From Octopus vulgaris (lineage: Eukaryota), in the NCBI GenBank assembly GCA_951406725.2, contig OX597816.1, positions 50,220,001-50,284,000 on the forward strand: a stretch of 64,000 nucleotides of DNA. The letters run 5' to 3'. A program made the translations under genes and the position numbers. This document shows positions 1 through 14,342 of this stretch, in pieces. Numbering within the stretch: the stretch's first letter is position 1; each line of letters starts with the position of its first letter. Under the pieces are notes generated by a model that saw nothing but the letters and a program-made list of their open reading frames with translations, did no database searches and was not told the DNA's origin.

Positions 1-229
1 AATACAAATTTACTTTGAACTATATACATAACTAATAAAATTAATTTGCGTAGTTACAGTACCCGCTTACCTAAGGAAATTCTACAGTAATCTAAAATAT
101 TGGTGACATTTACAATTTCTCTAAATTAATTATCCATATTAGGTTTGAAATTACTTTTCTATGTATGTATCTTTAGGTCTGCGCTTGCATATATATATAC
201 ATACATACATACATACATACATACATACA

Positions 230-265
<36 letters not shown>

Positions 266-299
266 TGTGTGTGTGTGTATGTATATATTTATATACAAA

Positions 300-961
<662 letters not shown>

Positions 962-1125
962 ATAAATAATGTATTTATATATATATAGTAGTTTGATTTG
1001 AAAACCCCACTAGAATGGGAGAAAGCGCTAATGATCTAAGTGATATGATATATATATATAAAATGTAATATACAAATAAATATCTATAAATTTAAACCAT
1101 CCGATCTTTTGAGTACCTCATTTCT

Positions 1126-1174
<49 letters not shown>

Positions 1175-1176
1175 AA

Positions 1177-1420
1177 GTTAATCCAAACAAGAAAGCACAA
1201 AAAACACAACGACGCGAGGACGTGGCACAAATATAGTATTATTGGACGCTCAGGAAAGAAAGAAAGAAGGAGGGTTTAACGTTTCGAGCGGAGCTCTTCG
1301 TCGGAAGTATAGGAGAAGGAAAGATCCAGAGAAGGGAAGACAGAGGAAAAAATCGCCAACGGTACACACGTTGTCACACGCGGTCAAACGCGGTCACACG
1401 CGGTACACACGCGGTCACAC
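1177..1420 (-). mobile_element. Short non-autonomous pLTR-type element with hammerhead-like motif, between (TA)n tracts (family copy 1)
   Basis: Near-identical reverse complement of 26795-27000; both copies are flanked by TA microsatellite. Confidence 0.75.
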
Positions 1421-1463
1421 ACACACACACACACATATTTATATATATATATATATATATAAG

Positions 1464-1991
1464 TAGTTGAATGAATTATCCTAGTATCGATAATTCGGTT
1501 AACCGATACCCGGGTAGCAAATTCACGTCAGAAAAACACGGTTGAAGCTGCATGCCAAGGGCAGAGATCACATTCTTTCGTGTGGAAATTTGTGTGTTTT
1601 TTTAATACAAATAAATGAAAGAATGGAGTTCAACGACGATTTAACAAAATTCCTTTACTCTCGACATATGTTTCGAAGACTGCATATTCCTAATTCCGAA
1701 AGAATAAAGGGTGCATTATGCCGCCTTCTCATCAGGAAAGACAAGGAACTTATGTCAGCATCATGATGAACAAAAACTTTTAGAAGACTGCCCACACGGA
1801 GTCCATAGCGATAATGAGTGTTTCTTTAAAATATTCCGTTTAAGCAGTGACGTCAAAAATGGTTGAATGTAGAAGATTCTAGAAAGTTCAAGAACTTATT
1901 CCTTCGAAATTAGGAATATGCAGTCTTCGAAACATATGTCGAGAATAAAGGAATTTTGTTAAATCGTCGTTCAACTCCATTCTTTCATTTA
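1464..1991 (-). mobile_element. Penelope-type pLTR element with partial inverted copy at its 5' end
   Basis: 1464-1893 matches 50441-50870; 1896-1991 is an inverted copy of ~1610-1707; carries a hammerhead; flanked by (TA)n. Confidence 0.8.
1658..1740 (-). ncRNA. Type I hammerhead ribozyme, canonical core
   Basis: Minus strand reads ctttc-CUGAUGA-gaaggc...gtcttc-GAAA-catatg-UC-gagag: stem I, intact core, long stem II, palindromic stem III, GUC triplet. Confidence 0.85.
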
Positions 1992-2016
1992 TATATATAT
2001 ATATATTTATATATAT

Positions 2017-2071
<55 letters not shown>

Positions 2072-3399
2072 CGTATATATGGGTACAGGATGATACCAAT
2101 AGTTAACAACATGAAATACGAAATCTAATGAATTAATTACGCAAATAAGGAGAGAAAAGATGGCAAGCCGGACAAGCAAAAGAAACAATGACGTATCACC
2201 TGTTGTCGGCTGTCTACCTGCTCCTTATTTGGGGCATTAAACAATATGAGTCTTCGAAGACAATTACTCCCATAAATACCGAAATAAATTTTTGTATGTT
2301 ATAGAGGGACAAATTGGGAACGAAACAGTATAGTTGAGACATACAAAGAGACCAAATGAAAACAAAAATGGAGGGTCGTTAGAACAGGGACGAGGGTAAA
2401 ACAGCGAACGCTGGAGAAATATTTCTTTGAGAAGAGAAAAGATGGCAGAGAGAGATAGAAGACGTCGAGTCCTTAGAACGTCCTGGAGGAAAAGAAAGAT
2501 GGGCGATGGTCACCTGTGAGCAACGAGAGAGAGAGAGAGAAAGAGAAAGAAAGAAGGAGAGAGATAGAGAGAGATAAAATCGGTGAAGGGGAGAAATAGG
2601 GAAGTAGAAAAGGATGGGGGAGAAAACAGTATATACTTGAGTCGCATCAAAACGGTTAACATAAACTTACTTGGAAATGGATGCGTAGCGTTCAGTTAAA
2701 TAATATATATATATATACAATCACAGACACACACACAAAAAAAAATATGCATACGTATTTAAAAAGCTAATGAGGTAACCTTGTTCTATATTCATACGAT
2801 TATTTCTTGCAATGAATGAGAGGCTGGTTGCAAAGCTAGTTTACAAACCGTAATTATATACATTGTTATACTTGCTTCCGAACAAATTATTTGGCTTCCT
2901 TCTTCGCTCCACTAACTATTAGTATGTATAAATTATTCGTGAAATGTAACGGCGTAGACTTCACTTGTTACGTTATAAAGTAGAATACAGGAAATTGGTT
3001 TAGACAATTATAAATGTATATAATTTTATATGCATAACTTTGTATATATTTTATACTACGTGTAATTAAAGCAGTGTTTTTCGGTCCAATAACATATTTT
3101 ATAACAATACATTATGAGTTTCTTTACAAAGTGATGAGTTAGAACTTTTACTAACAAGGCATTATCCTCTCGTTGAACTGCTTCTTACTTTGATATTGAA
3201 AGATTTCCTACGCTTCAACTGACGTAAGTACTATATTTTCGATATTATTGTCGTTGTTTTAAAACTGTACAAAATCACATATTATTTAAAGTTACGCCAT
3301 TTTATAAACAATGAAATGTGGGATTTTCAGCAAAGTTTCCTGTCTCACATACCCACAAATCAGGAGTGAAGTATGTATATTAGCATCAAAGCTTGTATA

Positions 3400-4380
3400 T
3401 GAACTTCCCTTTCCACAGCTACTCTATATCCATTCTCATCTGACCCACATGTGAACACTTTTCATTGTACCTTTCTCAATATCATACGCGCACCAATGTT
3501 TCATATGTGGTACGAACTACAATAGACAAATGATTGCACAAATGGTTGCAAATTGGTTGGCTATTTGTTACACTCCACTGAACACTCCATCCAATTTTAC
3601 TCGGTCTCTGACCTTGCTATCAAGCTAATGGCTCACCACCCATTCCAAAACGTGGAAGAGTTCATCAGCTTTTTAAACATTTCAAACACTTTTCATTTAA
3701 ATTCACCACGCCCATTTTCTAAATTACTCTTCCCGCTACACCACTTCTAGACCAAATGCCTTAGAACTTTCTATCCTCTTACTTCAATTATTCTAAGCAG
3801 CCCCGCCTGCACTCATCTCTCGCATCCCAACATCCGGTAATTAAACCTTACTTCTTGTTGTCATAGTATGACCTGTAACCTTTCGATTGTTCCTTACCAC
3901 CATACAATCACACACTTCAGGTGTACATGCATGCAATCACGCATACACTCTTCTGTATGCATCTATAATTTTCCCGCTCTGGCACACACACAAACACGCA
4001 TACACACACATGCACACACACCAACACCGAGCTCATTTTAAAGGAAACTCACCCACATTGACGCTTACACCGAGGCGCACTGGCAATCGCGTACTTACAC
4101 ATTTCTACGTTTTGTATTTCCCTGTTTTAATTCACATGTCACTGACGCATTTCTCTCTTCTACATCTACCTTTTATTTATGCTTCACCGCAACTCGCTTT
4201 ACAGCCACTTAACACTCACGCACAAATACACACGCTCGCATTATTCTACTAAATCCCTCACTTGAAATAACTCATCTCTCTGTAAAACAAAAACAAAAGA
4301 GTCGTATTATTCTCTCGTCATTCCATCAAGCGATTTCCTTGTTTCCACCTGCCCGTGCTTAGCAAAAGTTTAACATTCTT
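3400..4380 (+). mobile_element. Degenerate Penelope-like 3' end (GIY-YIG remnant plus CA-rich pLTR)
   Basis: YAHQCFICGTNYNRQM...VGYLLHSTEHSIQ...TFHLN resembles the GIY-YIG pattern Y.I.C..C...YIG / HF.S.GHS / GLN; terminal ttccacctgccc motif resembles the repeat end at 22 kb. Confidence 0.4.
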
Positions 4381-4529
4381 ACATCTACGCTGCTTCTAAC
4401 TTAGTGTTGTACTAACTTAAATTTATCGAAAATTTGTTCTATCAGTGAATTCAAAGCTCTATGATTGTAAAGAGTACTTACGTCATTCCACACACACACA
4501 CAAACGTACACAATCTCTCTCACACACGC

Positions 4530-4579
<50 letters not shown>

Positions 4580-4612
4580 TCGCACATATATAGCTATCTA
4601 GCTAGCTAGCTG

Positions 4613-4681
<69 letters not shown>

Positions 4682-5825
4682 TCAGACAGTTAATATTGGT
4701 ATAGAATTTCTATCAACCAAATTCACTCTGAAGTCTCAAAGAGTTATTCGCAGTTCCTCGCCCCGTGCCAAACCTCCTCTGCCACAGATGTATCCGGTTC
4801 TTCTGTACTTTCCCCTCAGGATGAAGGGATTCAGTCATGCATTATAAATTAATTACTCGGATACGAATCAATACCGACGATGACTCTGAAGATATGGGGT
4901 CAAATTAGGTCTTCAGCAGAAGATATAAGCTGAAGCTACAGCGAAGTGGAATTATAACCGGGAGTAAGTGGTTGCAAAGCAAGCAACTTTCACACATCAG
5001 CATGCTCTCGACTATGTTTACACTCACAAAAGTTACCTGGAGGGTGGCATTTTCTTCTCCGGACTTTTAATTGCATTAACAATCCAAAAAGGAACATCAG
5101 CATAAAGATTTTTTAAATGTTTGTTTCGCTTGTAAATTGTTTCGATCTTGAGGAGTGAGATTTTTTGGTATTAATTTTAGGATAATATATCTCATCGGAA
5201 ATGTTTTGTAAAAATATTCATTAATAATTCATTGTGTTTCGCCGCAGTATATTTGTTTCAATTCAGTACCTTCATATGATAATATGATTAACGTTAGTCA
5301 ATTTTTTCATGTGCATTGGCTATCGTTATACTGTCAGTCTAAATATTTAACATAATGCGTTTTTGTTAAACAGCAATAAAAATGTTATCGATTATTATGT
5401 ACTATAAGGAATATAAATATACATATATTTAATGCCATCTCCATTCTGTAGAATTCAGAGCTAGTTGTGTAAGTTAAGATGTTTCGTAAGCTAATAGTCT
5501 ATGTAAAGAATGCGAACGAAGGCAGTAAAAAACAAAAGAATTAATGGTGTATAAGATAACTTGAAGGTCTATTTTCCTTTCATCAGTACTTTATCCAGCA
5601 TGTCAACTATCCACAAACACAATGTTTAAATACGCACTAGGTCTAGAGGTGTAACAGAACTGGAGACATGAATTTGCATATTAAGCTTATTTCTAGCAAA
5701 TGATAAATATTTTCAGTTACTGGCAAGGCAACGGAATTTCATTTTCTAACTCGAAGAAAGCAAAATATTGGTAACAAAGCGAAATAATGTTGCCTTCCGA
5801 GTAATTAGATATACATATGCTCATG

Positions 5826-5867
<42 letters not shown>

Positions 5868-6429
5868 ATCATACATATACACACGCTTACACATACACGC
5901 ACCAAATAACAAAGTGTATGTATGTATCGGCTGTCATGCAGGTGGAAGACAATGCATTAGATTAAATATATAACATAAAGAGAATATAATAAAACGAATG
6001 TGAAGAGAAAAGAACAGTAACTGTAATAGCCAACTATGTGTATGAGTGTGTATGTGTGTTTGTGTGCGTGTGTCGATATATAAGAGGAAGAAAGATCCAG
6101 GGAACCATGTGTAGGGAGTTTTGTAAGGTTCAAGCATATTGAAAACAAATTATAGACAGTGTTAGGTCAGGAACGATAACAATTTATTGGCATTGAAGTT
6201 TACACACATTTTTCCATGTCGAAGTGACATGGAAATTCGAAAAGCTGGAAGTTTTTGTATACTGCACAGTAACCAAATAGATTCGCTATGAATGCGAATA
6301 AACATCCAAATTGAGGGAGTGGAATTGGTAAAAATCTACGCTCCTTAGCTAACTGATCCTCTGTTGTAATAATTACTCAATGACAGGTAATAAACAAAGC
6401 TATTCATCAGTACGGAAATACCTTATTTT

Positions 6430-7055
6430 CAACAAGTTGTATTAAACGTGGGAAATCTTCTACAGAGGTATTGAGCAAGCTTCTGCAAACTTATGGCAAC
6501 GAATCAATGGATTGTATGCAATGCTTCGAGTGGCACAGGCGCACAATAAATCCACAGCTTAATCAAGAGCATGCTCATTGTTTTTTTTTTCACAACTACC
6601 GTAGGGTGCATCGGGGATTCGTTCCCCATGTCCAGACCATCAATCAAAAGTTCTACTGCGACGTTTTGAAGCGTTTGAGGGAGAAGATTGGTGAAAGCGA
6701 CTGGATCTGTGGAACGTGAATAATTGGATTATGAACAGCGACAATGCACCCTTTCACTGAGCTCCCCTCACACGTGAGGTTCTCGCCAAAAGCAACGTTG
6801 CATCACTTCTACACCCAATCTATTCACCAAGTTTAGTGCCGGCGGACTTCCATCTCTTCCCCAAGCTAAAAATACAGCTAAAAGCTCCCCAGAAAACAAT
6901 TTCCAGGCCCTATTCAAAACGTAACAGGAACCTTGACACCAGTTTATTGCTGCAAAAGGTGACTATTTCAAAGGGGATTATATCAAAACGTTGGTAAATA
7001 AGTTAATTGTTAATTAAACGTTTCTAGTCCGGGAACCATTTGATATCACCTCGTA
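6430..7055 (+). mobile_element. Internally deleted, 5'-truncated mariner transposon (transposase pseudogene)
   Basis: LQTYGNESMDCMQCFEWHRR (HTH), VHRGFVPHVQTINQKFYCDVLKRLREKI, DNAP.H, HPIYSPSLVPADFHLFPKLK, GDYFKGD; right terminus ...gatatcacctcg followed by TA. Confidence 0.9.
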
Positions 7056-7319
7056 TAAAATATGATATCTCTAACCATATAACAAGAAAGTGAGAGAGAA
7101 CAGTGGGAAAGATACATAGAGAAATGTGGTGGGTGATGCATGTGTATCTTTGGAATTGTGCTCTTCAGTAAACAATTAAAGTGACACAGATATTGAGGAA
7201 AAATTACTTCGATGCCACTATACGAATACCGACTGCAGTAGAAATATTTGCATAGGCTTTTATCGTTGTTTTCGGCAAGAATATTTTTATCGATAAAAAT
7301 TCTTTTATTTCTTAGTTCT

Positions 7320-7650
7320 ATTATGTGTTCCATTCATTGACTTACGGCCATGTTCTCACACCACGTGGAAACGTTTAGTCGATCAAATCGACCCTCGTTA
7401 CTAACATTTTTATTTGTTTTTAAAATCTGGTAACATTTTATCGTTGAACTGCGAACTTAAAATTATGTAAGCAAACGAAAAGGTTGACAAGTAGTAAGAA
7501 GCGACGATAAAGACGCACACGCCCACACATGAACATTCATATACAACATGGGTTTCTTCAGGTTCAAAAAAAGTACTCATAAAGCAATGTTCCGAAGATA
7601 CACTCCTGAACGTAATGCACGAGATTGCTAAGTGGATTTGTAATCCACAC
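7320..7650 (-). mobile_element. Old degenerate copy of the 36269-type SINE
   Basis: cattgacttacggccatg...tttagtcgatcaaatcgaccc matches the reverse complement of the SINE tail. Confidence 0.55.
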
Positions 7651-10569
7651 AGTCAGTGATGAATTGTTCAAGAATTGAAACCAGATTTTTGAATACCAAC
7701 ACATTGTCAGTAATATAATTAATCACTTACTCTCTAAGGAATTTCTATGTGGTAACTCGACATTCTGCGAACAGAAGTTGACAAGTGGTTAGAAGCGAAG
7801 GTAAAGACGCAAACACACACACTTGGTTGCAAAATAAAAAACACATTAAACTGCAGACAAATTTACACTGTACAATGTTATCAAACATAAGCTATGCTTT
7901 AATAAACTAGTGGGCTTGTGCTGTATAAATGTCTTTGATCATATGTTTGATCGATCAGGACTGTCATTGACTTAGCACTAAAAAATAACCAAAAAAATAT
8001 CAATCAAATTCTCTCATTTATAGAAGGAGAGAGTGTTTACCTTATACAAAATAATACTTCTGAATTCAATGTTTGCATATACTGACAGAGAGAAAACACC
8101 ACGTCACTAACCGTGGTCTTGTTACATCTACAAGAGGGTCTCCATATAATTAAGAACTGTTACTGATTTTTTTTTATAACACCTTACATAAAACTCGGTT
8201 TCGGTGTTGCTAGATATAAATAACGATTAGATAAATAGGTACATCATTGTGTTAGCAGAAACAGATAGCGAAGGTAGATGGAAAATAAGATGAATTCAAT
8301 AAGTAATTAGATTTGAGATATTCATCGAAAGAGGGTGAAATGAAGAGAGTGCAAGTGGGAGGGAAGATTAAAGAAGATTTTCTGAGATTTAAAAACACTG
8401 ACAGGGTTCGGGATTGAGTGAAACGGCGATGAAGGAAAAAATATTTGAATATTTAACTTGAAGTTTGGAATAAGAACATTTGGTCGAAATCTAGATAGAT
8501 GGGCAACAGTTATGAATATATTTATAACGTATGTCAGAATTACATGAGCACATATATAAAGAAAAAGACAATTTAAGTCACTTACAGCAATTGAGTGCTA
8601 TCTCTATCAATGAATTGCTTAAACAAGAGAACCAAGTTATTTGTGTCATTTCAAGAATGAAAATGTTAGTTTTTTATATGAATTGGTGTTTTTGCTGATA
8701 TCAGCTCCAGAGAAGAAGCGACATTACTAAGGGATTTTGGCCGTGAATATCCCGCATTTTCGGATATATTTCACCTTAGATTTCATTATCAAACTTTTAA
8801 AAATGCAGTTGGATAGTTCTTGAGGAAGATTTGGTTGCTTTTTCCAGAGAAGCAAGAAATTTGCATGACATTGTCGAAGTGGTTCGAAAGATTAAAATAG
8901 GAACCTGTGAAGAATATAATTTCAGCGGAGAATAAATTTACGTTGCACACTGTTTACAGAAAGGCAGATACAAATCTGTAACGTTTTATTCCAATATTTA
9001 TGTATCTGCCTAAAAAAAACAAAAAACAAATAAACAAAGCTAATATTATAATACGCAGACCTCTTTCCGTAAGTATGTGTGATCACTCTCAAGTAATTCT
9101 ATCTCGAGGCACTTCTCGTGATTATCACCAAGCGAAATCTGAAGTGTAGTCATCACTTCAATTATTGATACTAAGCCGACAAAATCTGATTATTGAGCTG
9201 CTATATTGACCATTAAAATCCTAGTAAGCAGTCTTTAGTTTCTGTTTCGAGAGGGACACTTCGATGTTGGCCTTTCTTTAGCATCTGCCATTAAGCAGTC
9301 TATTGTTGACTGAGTGTATTATTTTTATGTACTGAGGCAGTAGAAATTTGTATGCAATGCTGGCTACCAATACACGTTTCGCACGTTCTAACACAAAATA
9401 AAATTCCTATCAGTATTCGTTAATAAAATGGACTAAATTGTTAAGAGCCTTCGTATAACATGATACGTATATCACATATTCCCACCGGCATTCACATATA
9501 ATCACACATATATTATCCATTCATTCTGGAGTGAGAATAATCGATCTAAGATCTGTAAATCCTGGTCATTAGTTTCAAGCTAGCTCTTTATCTTTCTACG
9601 CGTAACTTGCTTCCTTGAGAGAACATGACGTAATGATACGTACAAAGGCAAAATTCAGCAATTCTTATTCATTGCTAAAACACGTCAACTACAAAAATAT
9701 ATGTCGCGGAGTGTAAAGTGAATTGTACCCAACATCGAATATGTATATTCTTGTTAGATATTCTAGTGATCTAAAGAACTAAATGGAGAAAGAGTGAGAT
9801 AGAACGAGAGAGAGAGAGAGAGAGAGACACAGACAGACAGGTATACAGACAGACAGAGGAGAGATGCGGAGGTGGAGGAAAATCAATCGAACTTTTGCGC
9901 CATTATTTAAGTTGAGACTTTTATCCAAAACAACAGATTAAAGGCCAGTTAAATGAGCGACAGTTGTGAATATTACAATTTATATGTACCATCGGGGCAT
10001 GACTATAAATATTCTGCGAGCAGAATCGTTAGAGTCATCTATATAAATACTGAATGAATTTTTCATTTGATTTGTGTATAGGTTTGGCCTACAGACGCAA
10101 AATTTTAATCAAACTCCACGAAGAAAGGGTACAATAATGAGTGCATACTATATGTGGTCGCTTAAAATTATAGGCCGTCCAACATAATAATTATGATATA
10201 TATGAATGAGATACACGCGCATATATATATATACACACTTACTTAAACACTCATCTCCGTACACACGAGCATGCCCACGCATTTATGTGTGTATGCGTGT
10301 GTGTCTGTATGTGTACATATATATATATACACACATATATGTATATACATATATATATATATATCTGTTTATACATATATATGTATATACATATATTTAT
10401 ATATAAATAAATATACATATGTATATATATACATATATATAATACATATATACATACATGCATATATATTACATATATATGAATTATTAAGGAATATAAA
10501 TTATAAATTATTAAAGTGGCTATTTGTAATTTGCAATCAAAAATGTTTTTTATTAAACCTTGCACGAAA

Positions 10570-11387
10570 ACCGAGAAACCAGTGGTTAAAGAGGTCCAAA
10601 CTGTGGAAGATGCACCAACCTAATGGAAGGCTCGGGGTTCCAATTCAAATAACAAGAGGGGCGCACAATTAAGACCAACTTTACTTGTGCATCGGAGAAT
10701 TTAATTATTTTCATAACTTGTTCATGTTGTGAACATAAATATATAAGACAGAGAAGTATGGCATTTAGACGGAGAACAACACTACATAAGGAAGATATCA
10801 ATTTCCCAAAGTATAGACAGATACTTTTGAGTGAACACACAGAGACATGTACAGAGAACATTTAACTAAATTTCACAGTTTTCCCCATCTACCAGTGCAA
10901 AGAAATAATTCCTGTAAAAGTAAGTATAAATAAAGAAAATTTACTTATCGAAAAATACAGAATACGCCTAATGCGTAACCAACTTTCGTTTCAGTGTATA
11001 TTTAATTCATGGTCACTATACGTTATTCATCTCACTACTTTAGTTTATGACTTTTTGCGTGGTTATGTATACCACCACAAAAATAACCAATTACCTCCCC
11101 TCTTCCGAGTAAAAATCATCACCAATTACATCCACTTAGATTTTTCTATTTGTTGATTCATTCACAAACCTTCATAGAAGAACATGGACTAAAATCTTCT
11201 TAATAAAATATGAAATGACAATGGTTAGCGAAAGTGAAACCGGTCGACAACAACAATACACTTTCATTTGAAATACATTAAAACAATATAAGCTATGTGA
11301 ATTTTCCATCGTTTACTTTGTATATACTTGTTTTGTATTACAACTCCCCACATGGTGATAATCAGAATTCTCTTCCGCCTTTTCTTA

Positions 11388-11390
<3 letters not shown>
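10570..11390 (+). mobile_element. Penelope-like 3' fragment: Cys linker + GIY-YIG pseudogene and pLTR
   Basis: Translation [74 protein letters not shown]...FPIYQC...NKENLLIEKY aligns with the endonuclease at 33.0-33.4 kb; GAAACCGGTC at 11236-11245 as in that element's pLTR. Confidence 0.85.
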
Positions 11391-11432
<42 letters not shown>

Positions 11433-11811
11433 TGTTTCTGTGTGTGTGTCTGTGTGTGTGTCTGTGTGTGTGTGTGTAAAAAGAAAACCGAAGAGGTCTT
11501 TGACATACAAAAACGCTGTGTAATGCTTGCGGAGCACCGTTAATAATACGTCTTCGAGTCAGGACTTACTTCTGTTACACATATATAGAATTAAAAGTGT
11601 TTGGCTTTGCTGTTTCTACGTTAACAAATATATTGATTCGAATATATATCATTTTTTATACTCAAGAATCCTACTAATATTTATATTAGCAGCAAATACA
11701 CACAATTACTTAGGAATAATGAAAAAGTACATAGCAGTGACTTGTTGGAAACGAACTACATCTTGTTAACGTCGAACTGTCTTATAATTTCTCGCAATAC
11801 ACTGTCCAACA

Positions 11812-12610
11812 GAGCGGCGAGATGGCAGAAACATTAACACGCGGGCGAAATGCTGAGCGGAATCTCATCTGCCGCTACGTTCTGAGTTCAAATTCCGCCG
11901 AGGTCGCCTGAGCCTTTCATCCTTTCGGGATCGATTAAATAAGTACCAGTTATGCACTGGGGTCGATATAATCGACTTAATCCGTTCGTCTGTCCTTGTT
12001 TGTCCTTTCTGTATTTAGCCCCTTGGGGGTAGTAAAGAAATAGATATTTCGTCTCTCTTTACGTTCTGAGTTCAAATTCTCTCGAGGTCGACTTTGCCTT
12101 TCGTCTTTTCGGAGTCGATGAATTAAGTACCAATTGCGTACTGGAGTCGACCTAAACAACTGGCCCATTCCCCCCAAATTTCGGGCATATATGAGGCATA
12201 TATAAGGCGGCGAGCTTGCAGAATAGTTGGCAGATGGGGCTAAGTAGTTAGCGGCATTTTGTCATTGTTTTACATTCTAGTTCAAATTCCACTGAGTTTT
12301 ACTTTGCCTCTCATCCTTTGGGAGCCGTTAAAATAAGCAGTATTTGAACAGTAGGGTGATGGAATCAACTTAATCCCTCTCCCGAATTTGCTAGCCTCCT
12401 GCGAGAAATTCGAAGCCTATATACATGTACATAAAGCCGACGGGCTGGCCGAATCGTTAGCACTTTGGTCAAAATGTTTGGAGTCATTTCATCTCACCGA
12501 GGTCGACTTTTCCTTATATCATTTCGAGGTCAATAAAATAAGTACCAGTTGAAAACTGGGGTCCATGTATTTGTTTTAACCCTACCCATGTACAAAAATT
12601 TGAAATCAAT
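11812..12610 (+). mobile_element. Head-to-tail cluster of four tRNA-derived SINE copies of one family
   Basis: Repeated ggcggcgagctggcagaa head, gagttcaaattcc B-box and gcctttcatcctttcggggtcga...aagtaccag core at ~11812, ~12046, ~12206 and ~12436. Confidence 0.85.
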
Positions 12611-13073
12611 ATCGGACACGTATACGCGTATAAGTTTTGCATATATGTATAAACACGTATATTTGCATGCTTATAAATATTCGACGAAAAAGAAGAGCAC
12701 ACTATCTGATGCATACTCAGGCAATTTCATTACTCTTCTTTTTTGCACTATGTACATTCTGACTAACGTACGGCACACACAGGAGTTTGTGAACGAATAT
12801 GAGTACGTATATAATGGTAAAGACGAACATTTCCGCAGCAGACAAATGACAGTGACTTGTTACTTTAAATCTTCCGGCAATAATTATATTTATATTTATG
12901 ATGCTTACTATAAAAGCTTCCATTAATTTCTGTATTTTGTTGTTCTTTTGTGAAGCGCCTCTATGTTACATCAACATCAAAAGTTATCAGTGAATAAATA
13001 TTACTTTTCCATTGATACATCCAACAACAGTTTTAAATCAATAACTTATTTCTGAAATAAAATCGGTTTGATG

Positions 13074-13120
<47 letters not shown>

Positions 13121-14342
13121 CACACGCAAGCACACACGCTCATACTGGAAAATGTAACACTGAGAAAATTCGTTCTAAATTCAAGAAAAAATTAAATATT
13201 TTTGATATTAAACTCTGGGAATTTGTCCAATATGATAGGCTGCATATATTATTTTAAGCATCCTTATTGATAGATTTCAAAGAAAGATACTATCTACAAG
13301 AAAATTGCAGTTCCTAATTCTTATGCCAACGGATATTTTTGTGAATTATATCTTTGATTTTGTTTTCCATATTTTATGAATAAATAATAAACATTACTGG
13401 ATCTGCTATATATTCGAATAAATTAATATTCAATGAATAAAAATGTAATAATATCTAACATTATTATCAATGATATTTTGATAAAAGTAGATCCTACAAC
13501 CCATTAAGCAATAGCATTACTATACACTGTGGAAAATCTATTTCCATCTCATCGCCTTGAGGAAATATGGAATATTCATCGTTATATTTTATCTACCATG
13601 CTAATAATATGCCTATGCGTACTTCTATTTGAAATGCGTCATAGGTTAATTTTGCCTTTCAGTCTCATGTATAAAATAAGTGAAGTACCACTCAGATATA
13701 GAGGAAGGCGCTTCTGACTCTACGCCCAACAAAATGCCCTCTCGTAAGAAACAAATGCGACCTCCGTGTTCCCTTCGCTCGTGTATTCTAATTTTGCCTA
13801 CAAGCAACGTATGCATTAGTGCATCAAGGATGTTTACTATTCTTTATGTCGCTGTTCGTTCTTTCATATGTGGCTGTTCTTCTACCAATAGTAAGTGAAT
13901 CGCTCCGCAGTTCACTCTCGTGTGTCATTGACAACTATGGTAGTCCTGTAAAATGGAGATCTCTACAGATTAAGTTTAAAGCAATGACATAATTTACATA
14001 AATCTAATGACTTTTGTGATCAGTGTACTTACTCAATGATAATTCCAGTCAAAACAATAACAAAACAAATATAAATTCTACATATTGTTCAAGCTCTCAA
14101 TACGGCTTGCTGTTTTCAGTATGAACTAGTCATCCCTCAACAAACAAATAACTTAAAAGTTGTCGAATTTGCAACCGTGTATATCTAACAAATTCTGACG
14201 GACATATAGTAATCATATATTACCATTAGTTGTACTGTTTGAACATTTTGCGCGTTTTATTGTATTCTTCATAATTTATAAGAAATAGCCAATTTCAAGC
14301 ACGCATAAATTACCGATATTTTCAAAAATAGAGAATATTTAA

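Noticed and set aside
3159-3229. Apparent exon between ctaacaag and gtaagt
   Set aside because: Stops in all three frames
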